Numbered from the stretch's first letter, positions 27,549 to 36,427 are shown. The stretch is DNA of 64,000 nucleotides from Deltaproteobacteria bacterium (GCA_022710585.1 JAKLGV010000015.1:5623-69622), one strand, 5' to 3'. A program made the numbers and translations. The notes: generated by a model from the sequence alone, not told the origin.

Positions 27549-30500
27549 TTAATTAATCGTCACCTGAAACGTTATGGTTGCGCGTCCGACGACCGGCGGC
27601 CCGGCGCTGTAGGGCGGCAGAATGCCGGTTGCCGCCGCTCCCGCGCTGCGGCTTGAATTGTCGTCAATCAGAATTCCCGCGATCAGCGGCAGGGTGGCGC
27701 CGTCCCCGGCAACGGTAATGCCGTTAAGACGGGTGGAATTGGCCACATACGTCGTATATTGCGGCAGGGGGTCCGTGACTCTTGCATTAATCGCGTTGCC
27801 GGTACCGGTATTGGTAACAACAATGCTATAGGTTACGGTTTGTCCGGAACTTACCGGATTGGCGCTGGCGGACTTGACAATGGTGAGATTCGGTTGAGGA
27901 ACTATTACCCTCATTGTCGCATAAGCGGTATTGGTCACAGTTCCTTCCGTACCTTCAGTTGCTGTGACGCTGACCGACCAGTTGCCGGTGGGAGAAGTTG
28001 GCACGGTATATTGGTATTCATAGGTTTTTGTCAAACTTGGAGTCTCCGTCCCTGTAGCGACAAGCGTCATGGAGGCAGCATTGACTATGGTTGTTCCACC
28101 GGGATTTTTTATGGTGATTTTCGGGGCGTTGACAATATCATAACTGCCGAACGGGTCGCTCACCACCGCCCGAATATAAACGGTACTTCCGGTCGTCACG
28201 TAGGAAAGGAGAGTGCCTCCCGAATAGGCGGCATCGTAATAATTGATGGAATCAACATGAACAACCGTCGTTGCCGGGAGGTCAACACGGGAAGCAGCGC
28301 CGACGGTGGCCGAATACGGATATACGCGTGTGGCAACGGCGCCTGCAGTTTGAGAAACCGTAAGATTCCAGGTACTCCCCTGCGGACAGGTCACGTTGGC
28401 TGTATTGAGGGTGAAGGTGTACGCAGTCTGTGTATTATTGTTCATGGTGATATTTCGTGACGCTGTCATAATCGTGGGATCTGATGAGCACTTGAGATCA
28501 ACCTGGATGGTTCTTGTGCTGTTGGTATTGGTGTCTCTTCTCATATTTAAAACAACCGGGAATGTCGCACTAACCGACGAGTTAATCGCTATTGCCGCCG
28601 CCGCGGCCGGGTCCATAACCCATGTCCGGGAAGTCGTGGTATTGACCACTGTATATCCGGAAGTTGTTGTATTGGGTGTACGGGAAAGTTTCCACGACGG
28701 GCTTGAAGTGTTGTCATACAGATAAAGTCTCTTGGTTCCCGTGCCGGTCGTCGTACCGGCAACCGTGACCACCGGCGCCGTCGCTGTTGAACCCGTCCCG
28801 CTGGGCGTGTGTGTAATGATTGCCGTATTGGTAATCGTTGTTCCCGCCGCTGACGAGCTGGAAATATCCGCAGAATAAACAATTGTCACGGAACCGTTTG
28901 CGGGAACGGTAATTCCGGTAGCACTCAAGGTTGGAGCGCTGTAGGTGCAGGTAGCGCCGGTCGGGCAACTGGTTATGGTTACGTTTGTTAAATCCGTATC
29001 AATAATATCGGAAATCGAAACGTCGGTTGCCTCATTGCCTTTGGTTTCCGCAATGGTGATGGTATATTGCAGTGTATCGCCTGCTTCATACTCGCCGCCG
29101 TTGATATCAACCAGCGTTTTGGCGGAGGTGGATAAATCCGGCACGCACTCGGCGCCGGGTTCAATGCCGGGGGGCGCGGATGAATCAAACGCGGCATAAC
29201 CGCCGGACGAACTGGTAGAACCATAAGTATCATTCGCGGTTGTTGTCCTTCCGCTGACACCAGCGGCATAGGACATGGCAATCCCGAGAGTTGAGGGAGA
29301 GTAGGCAATAAACCCGCCGCTGCCGCCGCCGCCGGGTCCATGACGTTCACCCGGATATGTGGCCCCGGGTGCCTGAGATCGCCAGGCGTTGCCTCCATCC
29401 CCGCCGTTGACAGAAGCGGAGGCGGAACCTCCGGTATAGGAGTAGATAACAATGGACCCTCCGGCGCCGCCGCCGCCGGAACTGTCGTTTAGAACATTAT
29501 ATGCCGAACCGCCATTGGCCGTGATTGTTCCCGAACCGGTAATATAATTTGCCCTGATGATGACAATGCCGCCTCCGGGAGCGCCGCTGCTGCAAGCTCC
29601 GGCTCCAGAATTGCAGGCAATACCTGGAGGCGTGGGGGGCAGGTATGTTGAATTGTCCGCAGTGCCGTTATTGCTGGTACCGGCGCCGCCGCCGCCGCCC
29701 ATAACGATGCGATTAAAAGCGAGTCCGGTAACACCGTCACCGCCTTCACCACCGGTAGTGAGATTGGTGCTCCAGGAATTTCCGCCTTTCGCGCCGGCTG
29801 CGTAGTTGCCTCCTCCTCCGCCGCCGGTGTTCTCATCATTGTTTGCCGCATCCGCGTCTGTGCCGCCGCCACCCGCATTTCCGGGCGCGCCGCGGGCATA
29901 GGAAGCGTTTGAATTTGTTCCGTCCGGATAGCCGCTGCCACCTGTCACCTGTACCGGCGCGCCGTCAAAAGTTGCCGGCCTGTTCATGTAATACGGGGTG
30001 CCTGCTATTCCTTCGCCCTTGGATCCGTTGGCGCCGTTTGTGTAGGAGGTGCGATAGTCAGTATTCGCGCCGGTTCCGCCGTTAATCGAACGTCCATATC
30101 CGCCACGGAAACCGGCGCCATCGGCGGTGACGGTTCCATTGATCGTCAGGGTTCCGGCCACATCCATGGCCACAACACCGCCGACGCTGCCGTTCCAGTT
30201 GAGCGCCGACACCGTTCCGGACACTGTAGCCGAGGAGTATTGGGGAACACGAATGACCTGATAGCGACTCTGGCCATTGGTTCCCGAAGCCGCGCGATTG
30301 CGGTAACTGTAGGTCAGGCCGCTGGTAATACCGACAAACCCTCCGGCAACGGCACCAGACGCCCTTGCAAACTCATAATAGCCGGTCTGATTGAGATTTG
30401 TAGAACCTCTTCCGGTGCCTGAACCACTACCATAACTGCTGTTGTTACTGTAGTTTATGTCGGCATCCTGCATCTGAATGATTAATAGCAGATCTCCGGC

Positions 30501-30773
30501 GGCAATCGCCGGACCGCTGCCCAACGGAGAACCAACCGGAATGGATGTTGCGCCTGCAGAGACCGATGCCGTGCCGGGATAGTAGGTATTGATAACACCG
30601 GAAGGAGGCCCGGTACCGTCATTTCCGGGCGTGGCACAGTCAGCAAATGATTTTCCGGTGAATATCAGTTGGCAGAAAATGTAAGTTAATGTAAGGAAAA
30701 CCAGCGCAGAGTATATATGCTTATTTAATGGATTTCTATGCTTGAAAATGGCCATCACTCTTTTACGATTCAT
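27549..30773 (-). CDS. large secreted adhesin-like protein: N-terminal globular domain, Gly-rich beta-helix-like region, Ig-like/DUF11 modules
   Basis: Signal peptide ...FTGKSFA/DCATPGNDG. A poly-Gly/Ala/Ser-rich stretch (GGGGGNYAAGAKGGN, GGGGGAGTSNNG, GGGGAGGSIVIY, GPGGGGSGGFIAY). An internal DUF11-like module (AGDTLQYTITIAETKGNEATDVSISDIID). A terminal DUF11 module ending ATITFQVTIN. Confidence 0.85.
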   Translation of the reverse strand: MNRKRVMAIFKHRNPLNKHIYSALVFLTLTYIFCQLIFTGKSFADCATPGNDGTGPPSGVINTYYPGTASVSAGATSIPVGSPLGSGPAIAAGDLLLIIQMQDADINYSNNSSYGSGSGTGRGSTNLNQTGYYEFARASGAVAGGFVGITSGLTYSYRNRAASGTNGQSRYQVIRVPQYSSATVSGTVSALNWNGSVGGVVAMDVAGTLTINGTVTADGAGFRGGYGRSINGGTGANTDYRTSYTNGANGSKGEGIAGTPYYMNRPATFDGAPVQVTGGSGYPDGTNSNASYARGAPGNAGGGGTDADAANNDENTGGGGGGNYAAGAKGGNSWSTNLTTGGEGGDGVTGLAFNRIVMGGGGGAGTSNNGTADNSTYLPPTPPGIACNSGAGACSSGAPGGGIVIIRANYITGSGTITANGGSAYNVLNDSSGGGGAGGSIVIYSYTGGSASASVNGGDGGNAWRSQAPGATYPGERHGPGGGGSGGFIAYSPSTLGIAMSYAAGVSGRTTTANDTYGSTSSSGGYAAFDSSAPPGIEPGAECVPDLSTSAKTLVDINGGEYEAGDTLQYTITIAETKGNEATDVSISDIIDTDLTNVTITSCPTGATCTYSAPTLSATGITVPANGSVTIVYSADISSSSAAGTTITNTAIITHTPSGTGSTATAPVVTVAGTTTGTGTKRLYLYDNTSSPSWKLSRTPNTTTSGYTVVNTTTSRTWVMDPAAAAAIAINSSVSATFPVVLNMRRDTNTNSTRTIQVDLKCSSDPTIMTASRNITMNNNTQTAYTFTLNTANVTCPQGSTWNLTVSQTAGAVATRVYPYSATVGAASRVDLPATTVVHVDSINYYDAAYSGGTLLSYVTTGSTVYIRAVVSDPFGSYDIVNAPKITIKNPGGTTIVNAASMTLVATGTETPSLTKTYEYQYTVPTSPTGNWSVSVTATEGTEGTVTNTAYATMRVIVPQPNLTIVKSASANPVSSGQTVTYSIVVTNTGTGNAINARVTDPLPQYTTYVANSTRLNGITVAGDGATLPLIAGILIDDNSSRSAGAAATGILPPYSAGPPVVGRATITFQVTIN

Positions 30774-30899
30774 TTTTCACCGCTTTCTGGTTGGGCTTCT
30801 CGAAAATCAGTACTATTCATTTGGCATCAATTTATTACGCTATTCCCAATTTCCTGAACATTTCAAATCATTTGTCGAAGGTTTTGTGGCGATCTCTCC

Positions 30900-31319
30900 T
30901 TATGAATTGAAAAGTTTACCGGCAGCCGTTTGACATTCAGAACAAACGCCGTAAACATTGACTGCTATTTTTTGAATGTCATAATCATGTTTCTGATCTT
31001 CAGAAATCAATAACTGACGGTCTACATCAATGTTAATATCAACAACCTTTCCGCAGGAAGTGCAAATCAGGTGATCGTGAGGTGTGACTGTTGAATCATA
31101 CCTCTTTGAATCTGTTTGCACCATCACAGGCAGTTCCACGATATGTCCTCTCTTTTTAAACAGTTCCATCGTGTTGTAAACTGTCGTTAAGGAAATATTG
31201 GATAGTTGCTTGGAAACGTGTTGATAAACTTCTTTAATGCTCGGATGAGATTTGTTGTCCTTGATATAATTATAGATGGCTAATCTCTGTGCGGTTTTTT
31301 GCGGTTCTTTCTGTTTCAC
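30900..31319 (-). CDS. Fur-family metalloregulator (Fur/PerR/Zur-like)
   Basis: Winged-helix N-terminus (RLAIYNYIKDNKSHPSIKEVYQHV), an HDH motif and two CxxC pairs (CTSCGKV...CSEC). GTG start 31319 with RBS GGAGG 6 nt upstream. Confidence 0.85.
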   Translation of the reverse strand: MKQKEPQKTAQRLAIYNYIKDNKSHPSIKEVYQHVSKQLSNISLTTVYNTMELFKKRGHIVELPVMVQTDSKRYDSTVTPHDHLICTSCGKVVDINIDVDRQLLISEDQKHDYDIQKIAVNVYGVCSECQTAAGKLFNS

Positions 31320-31372
31320 TTTAAACCTCCATAATTTCTAACATTTTATTCAAAATTTGAAAACATTACTAG

Positions 31373-31389
31373 TTTGTAATTATTACAAA
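31373..31389. promoter_or_regulatory. 17-bp perfect palindrome (8-1-8), candidate Fur-family/TetR operator
   Basis: TTTGTAAT-T-ATTACAAA lies 54-70 nt upstream of the Fur-family start, between a minus-strand TTGACG (31400..31405) and the gene. It is flanked by direct repeats AAATTTGAAAA (31353..31363 and 31387..31397). Confidence 0.45.
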
Positions 31390-31515
31390 TTTGAAAAATC
31401 GTCAATAATTATTTAACGGATTTGATAATAAACATCATTCGACATAATAAATTATAAGTTATTGTAATATATTATTATTTATCAATAACAATTTTTGATA
31501 AACACATAAAAAATC

Positions 31516-31544
31516 TTGACATAATTAAATAACGCTGTTATCTT
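31516..31544 (+). promoter_or_regulatory. sigma70-type promoter of the tetR/glycyl-radical-enzyme operon with an overlapping palindrome
   Basis: TTGACA (31516..31521), a 17-nt spacer, then TATCTT (31539..31544). The spacer contains ATAAC-GCT-GTTAT, a plausible TetR operator. Confidence 0.45.
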
Positions 31545-31572
31545 AACACCGCTATTTAAAAAGGTGGACATC

Positions 31573-32244
31573 ATGCCTAAAAAGCCCATGACCAAACAAG
31601 ATGTGGAGAATACCCGCGAGTTGATTCTGGATACTGCTCTCGACATCATTATCAGGGACGGTTTTCAGAATCTCAGTCTGCGGAAAATCGCATCGCGATT
31701 AAATGTGACGGCCACGACCATTTATAATTATTACACCAATAAAGATGAAATCAACCTGATGATCCGGATCAGAGGATTTGAGAAGCTTTATGACCTCCTG
31801 GTGAAACGCTCGGCTCCTTTGAAAAAAATGGAAGATCGGCTAAAGGCCATGATCCGCGCGTATGTTGAGTTCGGCCTGACCTATCCCGGCTACTATGATA
31901 TCATGTTCAACCTCCACACACCCAAATATCTCGACTATGTGGGAACAGACATAGAACCTCTCGCCTTTAAGGAAAAACAGAATGCTTTAAAATGCCTTTC
32001 CCTTTTTGTGGAACCGATCAGTAGCTACATCACGGTGAAGGGAAAAAGAAAAGATCAATATGTTTTATATCAGGTGATCAAATTCTGGTCTGATCTACAC
32101 GGTCTTGTCACCCTGAATAACAGCCGCTTATTTCATGAAGTCACAGATAAGGTGGAAGACTTTATCGAAAAACGCACCGCCGAAATGACTGATGAGGTTT
32201 TGAGACTTAAACAAAGTCTCGATGGGGGCAAGAAGCTATTTTAA
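31573..32244 (+). CDS. TetR/AcrR-family transcriptional regulator
   Basis: N-terminal HTH ILDTALDIIIRDGFQNLSLRKIASRLNVTATTIYNYYTNKDE. ATG 31573 follows the RBS AAGGTGG; the ORF-track start 31564 is a GTG. Confidence 0.88.
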   Translation: MPKKPMTKQDVENTRELILDTALDIIIRDGFQNLSLRKIASRLNVTATTIYNYYTNKDEINLMIRIRGFEKLYDLLVKRSAPLKKMEDRLKAMIRAYVEFGLTYPGYYDIMFNLHTPKYLDYVGTDIEPLAFKEKQNALKCLSLFVEPISSYITVKGKRKDQYVLYQVIKFWSDLHGLVTLNNSRLFHEVTDKVEDFIEKRTAEMTDEVLRLKQSLDGGKKLF

Positions 32245-32278
32245 ACAAAAATAACCCTGGGAATATTGGAGGTAGGCT

Positions 32279-35251
32279 ATGCAAGCCGCAAGGACAAATG
32301 AAAAAAGGTTGAATGATAAGCTGGCCAATTTGTTTCTTAAATTTGTCGCCTTTAATTTCAACAACCGTCCTTCATTAAATAAATATCTGAAAAGCGATGA
32401 CGGCTGGTTGAACTTCACCTTCGGTATCAAAACGGAAAACGGCAGCGTGGAACAGGCCTTGAGCATTGAAAACGGCAAGATTCGCGTATTAAAACAAATG
32501 CCGGACAAATTTGATGCCCAACTGATCTTCAGGGATGAAGACGCGCTTAAGGAAGCCGCCACACAGCCCCCCAACAAGCTGATGATCGCGCTCATGGAAA
32601 ACAGAATGATTCCCGTCGGCAACCTCGGTTATCTGCAATTAATCAATTTGTATCTATCGCTGCTATTGAAACAAATTCAGATTGCGAAACTGAAGAACGA
32701 AGCCAAAGCGGAAAACCGGAAATACGATGCCGGCAAAGCATCGAAACACAGTATTGAGACCAGAAAACCGCGACAGCTCAAAGCAGAGTCTGTCGATCCG
32801 TGCGTCAGATTCCTGAAAGACCCCTATCTGGCAGAATATTCGCTGGATGATTTTCCAAGAGTCAAAGATTTTCTGGATATTCATCTGAAAACAAAACCGG
32901 CCATCTGTCATGAACGGGCGGAGCTGATCACGCAATGGTACAAAGAAAATGGATTTGAAAAAGATAAGAACGGCAAGCCCTGGGTTGTCGAACTGCGCCA
33001 GGCCAACGCTTTTAAATATTTGATGGAAAACAGACAACCCATCATTCGTCAAAATGATTTGATTGCCGGAACCAATACGACCAAAGAGATCGGCGTCATC
33101 ATTTATCCGGAAGCGCACGGCACCATGATCTGGGGAGAATTGCTTACCGTTCCCCACCGGCCGTTGAATCCTTACGATGTCGATCTCGACACCATTGACG
33201 TTCTGCATAACAAGGTATTCCCTTTCTGGATCCGGCGTAATTTCCGCGAGTGGGTGAGATACAATAAAGGATATCCTCTCTGTCAGAAGCTGGATGAGCG
33301 TTTTGCTGCCTGCTTCTTGTGGAAAACCGTCGCGCTGTCGCACACGATTTTAAATTATCCCGAAATACTCAGCAAGGGCGCCAACGGCATCATCGAAAAC
33401 ATCGACCGGGAACTGAGCGCCACACCGGAAAACGAAAAGCAAAAACGCGATACATTGCAGTCGATGAAGATCAGCATGGAAGGAATCAACGCCTACGCGA
33501 AGAATCTGGCGCAGGAGGCTTGGCGTCTCGCGTCTCAGGAAACTCAACCTGTCCGCAAAAACGAATTGCTTCATCTGGCTGAGATCTGCAAACGTGTCCC
33601 GGCCAATCCCTGCACAACGCTGGATGAAGCCGTCAATGCCATGTGGATCATCTGGATCGGTGTGCATATGGAAAACACCAATGCCGGATTTTCCCTGGGA
33701 CGGCTGGATCAATGGCTGCAACCTTATTTTATTGCCGATATGGAAAAAATTAAGGATGAAAAGGAAAAACAAGACTACATCAAGCACGCGATTGAAATGA
33801 TCGGCTGTTTCTACATGCGCTGTACGGATCATCTGCCTTTGATCCCGGATATCGGAAATTATTTATTCGGCGGAAGCTCCTCCGACCAGGCCATCACGCT
33901 GGGCGGCGTAACACCTTCTGGAGAAGATGCCGTCAATGACATGACGTATATTTTCCTGAAGGTGACGGAGATGCTCTCCATCCGTGATCCCAACGTCAAC
34001 GCCCGTTACAACAAGAGCAAAAACAGCGTCACCTATCTGAAGAGACTTTGCGAAGTCAATTTAAATACCACGGCCACCCCATCCATTCACAATGACGAGG
34101 TGGTGATGGAATCGCTCGCGGAATTCAACTATCCGCCGGAACATCTGCGTGACTGGTCGGCAACCGGCTGCGTGGAGCCGACGCTTTCCGGACGGCACAT
34201 TGGCCACACCAACTGTATGATGTTCAACATGGTGGCGGCGCTGGAGATGGCACTCAACAACGGCCGGCATCCGTTGATGCGCTGGGATCTGGGGCCAAAA
34301 ACCGGTGATATCAAGGCGGGAGCGTTTCCCGATTATGAATCCTTCTTTAACGCTTTTGCAACACAGCTTCGTTTTCTGGCCGATCAAACCTGTGAATACA
34401 ACAATCTGCTGGGTGAAGCCCATCAGGCGATTCGTCCGACCCCTTTCATCTCGGCTCTGATTGAGGGACCGTTGAAAAAAGGGAAAGACGTCACCAGGGG
34501 CGGTGCTCTCTATAACTCATCGGGAACCGCCTGCATCGGCCTTGCCGACATTACCGACTCCCTGATGGTGATCAAAAAGCTGGTCTTTGAAGATAAAAAA
34601 ATAACGTTTGGCCAACTACTGGATGCAATCAACACCAACTTTAAAAATGATCCCGCACTGCATGCACTGATAAAAAATAAGACCGCGCTTTTCGGCTCGG
34701 GCAGTGAAGAAGCTCTGGCGACAGCCAACCGCGTGACCAAACTGGCTCACGACATTTTTATCGAGCACGAAAATTACCGCGGCGGCAAATATACCGCAGG
34801 CTTCTGGTCGATGTCCAACCATGTCGCTTTCGGCACTCTAACTGGCGCGCTTCCATCAGGAAGACTGGCCGGTAAAGCCTTTACACCGGGCCTTACACCG
34901 GAACCGCACGCTTCCAAGAGCATTCTGGACAACATTCGCGATGTCGCCCGATTAAAGCCGGAAAATATGAACAATAATATTGCTTTTAACGTGAAGGTTG
35001 TACCCGGCGCACATGAATCGCATCAGAAAACCGTGGAGAATATTTATTCGTATGTAAAAACATACAGCGATCTCGGCGGCATGCAGATGCAACTCAATGT
35101 CGTGTCTTCCAAAACGCTTCGTGATGCCATGGAACATCCAGAGAATTATCAGAATCTTCTTGTCCGCATTTCCGGCTACAACGCGTACTTCGTAACGTTG
35201 AACAGGGAGATGCAGATTGAATTGATTGAAAGGGCAGAGTTCGGAATCTAG
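32279..35251 (+). CDS. glycyl radical enzyme (PFL2/glycerol-dehydratase-like 'eliminase' class) with an N-terminal SCP2-like extension of about 165 aa
   Basis: C-terminal glycyl-radical motif LLVRISGYNAYF (Gly966, nt 35174..35176). Thiyl loop ATGCVEP (Cys631 at nt 34169..34171, Glu633). 990 aa against roughly 800-850 typical. Residues 10-135 or so resemble SCP2 (DAQLIFRDEDALKEAAT..PNKLMIALMENRMIPVGNLGYLQL). Confidence 0.9.
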   Translation: MQAARTNEKRLNDKLANLFLKFVAFNFNNRPSLNKYLKSDDGWLNFTFGIKTENGSVEQALSIENGKIRVLKQMPDKFDAQLIFRDEDALKEAATQPPNKLMIALMENRMIPVGNLGYLQLINLYLSLLLKQIQIAKLKNEAKAENRKYDAGKASKHSIETRKPRQLKAESVDPCVRFLKDPYLAEYSLDDFPRVKDFLDIHLKTKPAICHERAELITQWYKENGFEKDKNGKPWVVELRQANAFKYLMENRQPIIRQNDLIAGTNTTKEIGVIIYPEAHGTMIWGELLTVPHRPLNPYDVDLDTIDVLHNKVFPFWIRRNFREWVRYNKGYPLCQKLDERFAACFLWKTVALSHTILNYPEILSKGANGIIENIDRELSATPENEKQKRDTLQSMKISMEGINAYAKNLAQEAWRLASQETQPVRKNELLHLAEICKRVPANPCTTLDEAVNAMWIIWIGVHMENTNAGFSLGRLDQWLQPYFIADMEKIKDEKEKQDYIKHAIEMIGCFYMRCTDHLPLIPDIGNYLFGGSSSDQAITLGGVTPSGEDAVNDMTYIFLKVTEMLSIRDPNVNARYNKSKNSVTYLKRLCEVNLNTTATPSIHNDEVVMESLAEFNYPPEHLRDWSATGCVEPTLSGRHIGHTNCMMFNMVAALEMALNNGRHPLMRWDLGPKTGDIKAGAFPDYESFFNAFATQLRFLADQTCEYNNLLGEAHQAIRPTPFISALIEGPLKKGKDVTRGGALYNSSGTACIGLADITDSLMVIKKLVFEDKKITFGQLLDAINTNFKNDPALHALIKNKTALFGSGSEEALATANRVTKLAHDIFIEHENYRGGKYTAGFWSMSNHVAFGTLTGALPSGRLAGKAFTPGLTPEPHASKSILDNIRDVARLKPENMNNNIAFNVKVVPGAHESHQKTVENIYSYVKTYSDLGGMQMQLNVVSSKTLRDAMEHPENYQNLLVRISGYNAYFVTLNREMQIELIERAEFGI

Positions 35252-35273
35252 ATCAGAGATAGATTAATCATTC

Positions 35274-35375
35274 GTGTCATTTCGAGAAGTCCCGACGAGT
35301 CGAGACGACGAGAAATCTTTTTTAATGAACGTTTTAAGACTTCTCATCCCGACACATCGGGATTCGAAGTGACAA
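35274..35375. repeat. gene-less (MITE-like) pair of GTCATT...AATCTT repeats in outward-facing inverted orientation
   Basis: GTGTCATTTCGAGAAGTCCCGACGAGTCGAGACGACGAGAAATCTTT (35274..35320), 15 nt, then TAAGACTTCTCATCCCGACACATCGGGATTCGAAGTGACAA (35336..35375). The topology matches the ends of the GIY-YIG cassette. Confidence 0.7.
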
Positions 35376-35425
35376 AAATTTTAAGCGCAACTTAATATAA
35401 TTAAAAAAGTCTGGAATATTTATTT

Positions 35426-36361
35426 ATGGTACAAAATGAAATAAAAACCCCTTTGATTCTGGAAATCAAAGGCAACAGTCTCGATGACGGGCCGGGCATC
35501 CGCTCCGTAGTGTTTTACAAAGGATGCCCTCTTTCCTGCGTCTGGTGTCACAATCCGGAAAGTAAAAAACCCTCTGTGGAAATATCCTTTGACCCGAAAG
35601 TCTGTATCGACTGCGGTACCTGCCGCGAGCTTTGTCCGAAGAAAGCCCTTTCCCGTGATAATCGTTTTTACATCGACCGAAGCAAATGCGACCTTTGTTT
35701 TTTATGCGTTGATGTCTGCCCTTCGGGCGCGTTGGACAGCGTCGGAAAAAACATGTCCGCTGAGGAAATCATGAAGAAGATTCTTCCGGACAAACCCTTC
35801 TTCGATACATCAGGCGGCGGTGTAACCCTTTCCGGAGGCGAACCGACTCTCTTCATGGATTTCACATCTGGGCTTTTAAAGTCGCTCAGGCAAAACAATA
35901 TTCATACCCTTATGGAAACGTGCGGTTTATTCGACATCCATAAATTTATGGACATGCTCTATCCGTATCTGGACGCTATTTATTTTGACATAAAAATTAT
36001 CGATAGCGCTGCGCATAAAAAATATTGCGGCGTGACCAATGAAAAAATACTGGATAATTTCATCAGGCTTGCCAAAACGGCAAAAAAAGACGGCAAGACT
36101 CTTTTGCCGCGGACACCGCTCATTCCCGATATGACAGATATCGAAAGTAATATTCAGGGAATTGCGGCTTTTCTTAAAAACCTGAATATTACAGAAGCCG
36201 CTCTTCTGGCGTATAATCCTTTATGGCACGAAAAAAGCGATAAAGTCGGTGTTGACGATCCCTATAAAAACAATAAAGTAATGAATTCCTTTCGTAAGAA
36301 TAGCATCATGGAAAGATGCGAAAATATTTTTGCTGCATCAGGAATAAATAATATTTTGTAG
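35426..36361 (+). CDS. glycyl-radical enzyme activating enzyme (radical SAM)
   Basis: CX3CX2C motif GCPLSCVWCHNPE plus two ferredoxin-type clusters (CIDCGTCRELCP, CDLCFLCVDVCP) and GGVTLSGGEP. Confidence 0.92.
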   Translation: MVQNEIKTPLILEIKGNSLDDGPGIRSVVFYKGCPLSCVWCHNPESKKPSVEISFDPKVCIDCGTCRELCPKKALSRDNRFYIDRSKCDLCFLCVDVCPSGALDSVGKNMSAEEIMKKILPDKPFFDTSGGGVTLSGGEPTLFMDFTSGLLKSLRQNNIHTLMETCGLFDIHKFMDMLYPYLDAIYFDIKIIDSAAHKKYCGVTNEKILDNFIRLAKTAKKDGKTLLPRTPLIPDMTDIESNIQGIAAFLKNLNITEAALLAYNPLWHEKSDKVGVDDPYKNNKVMNSFRKNSIMERCENIFAASGINNIL

Positions 36362-36427
36362 GGATTGTTCCCCGAACAATCCGTTGCGGCGCATTCGGGC
36401 AATGCGCTATCAAAACCAGTGAGGTAA

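Noticed and set aside
28396-30422. Numerous 60-230-aa ORFs in other frames and strands within the 1,074-aa adhesin gene (for example 27759..28460, 28988..29452, 29489..29941).
   Set aside because: They arise from the Gly/Ala/Thr-rich repetitive coding sequence. Only the 1,074-aa frame has a signal peptide, DUF11 modules and paralogy to its neighbours.
30835-30847. ops-like sequence GGGAATAGCGTA (minus strand) in the leader of the adhesin operon.
   Set aside because: It matches only 8 of 12 positions of the E. coli ops element, and ops sequences are not known to be conserved in this lineage. It is kept only as a pointer inside the NusG-paralog finding, not as a feature.
2786-35375. Whether the dispersed GTCATT...AATCTT repeats could be a CRISPR array or tRNA-derived elements.
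   Set aside because: Copies are isolated or paired in inverted orientation at three distant loci. Their internal sequences vary, there is no regular repeat-spacer periodicity, and there are no cas genes. No cloverleaf can be drawn.
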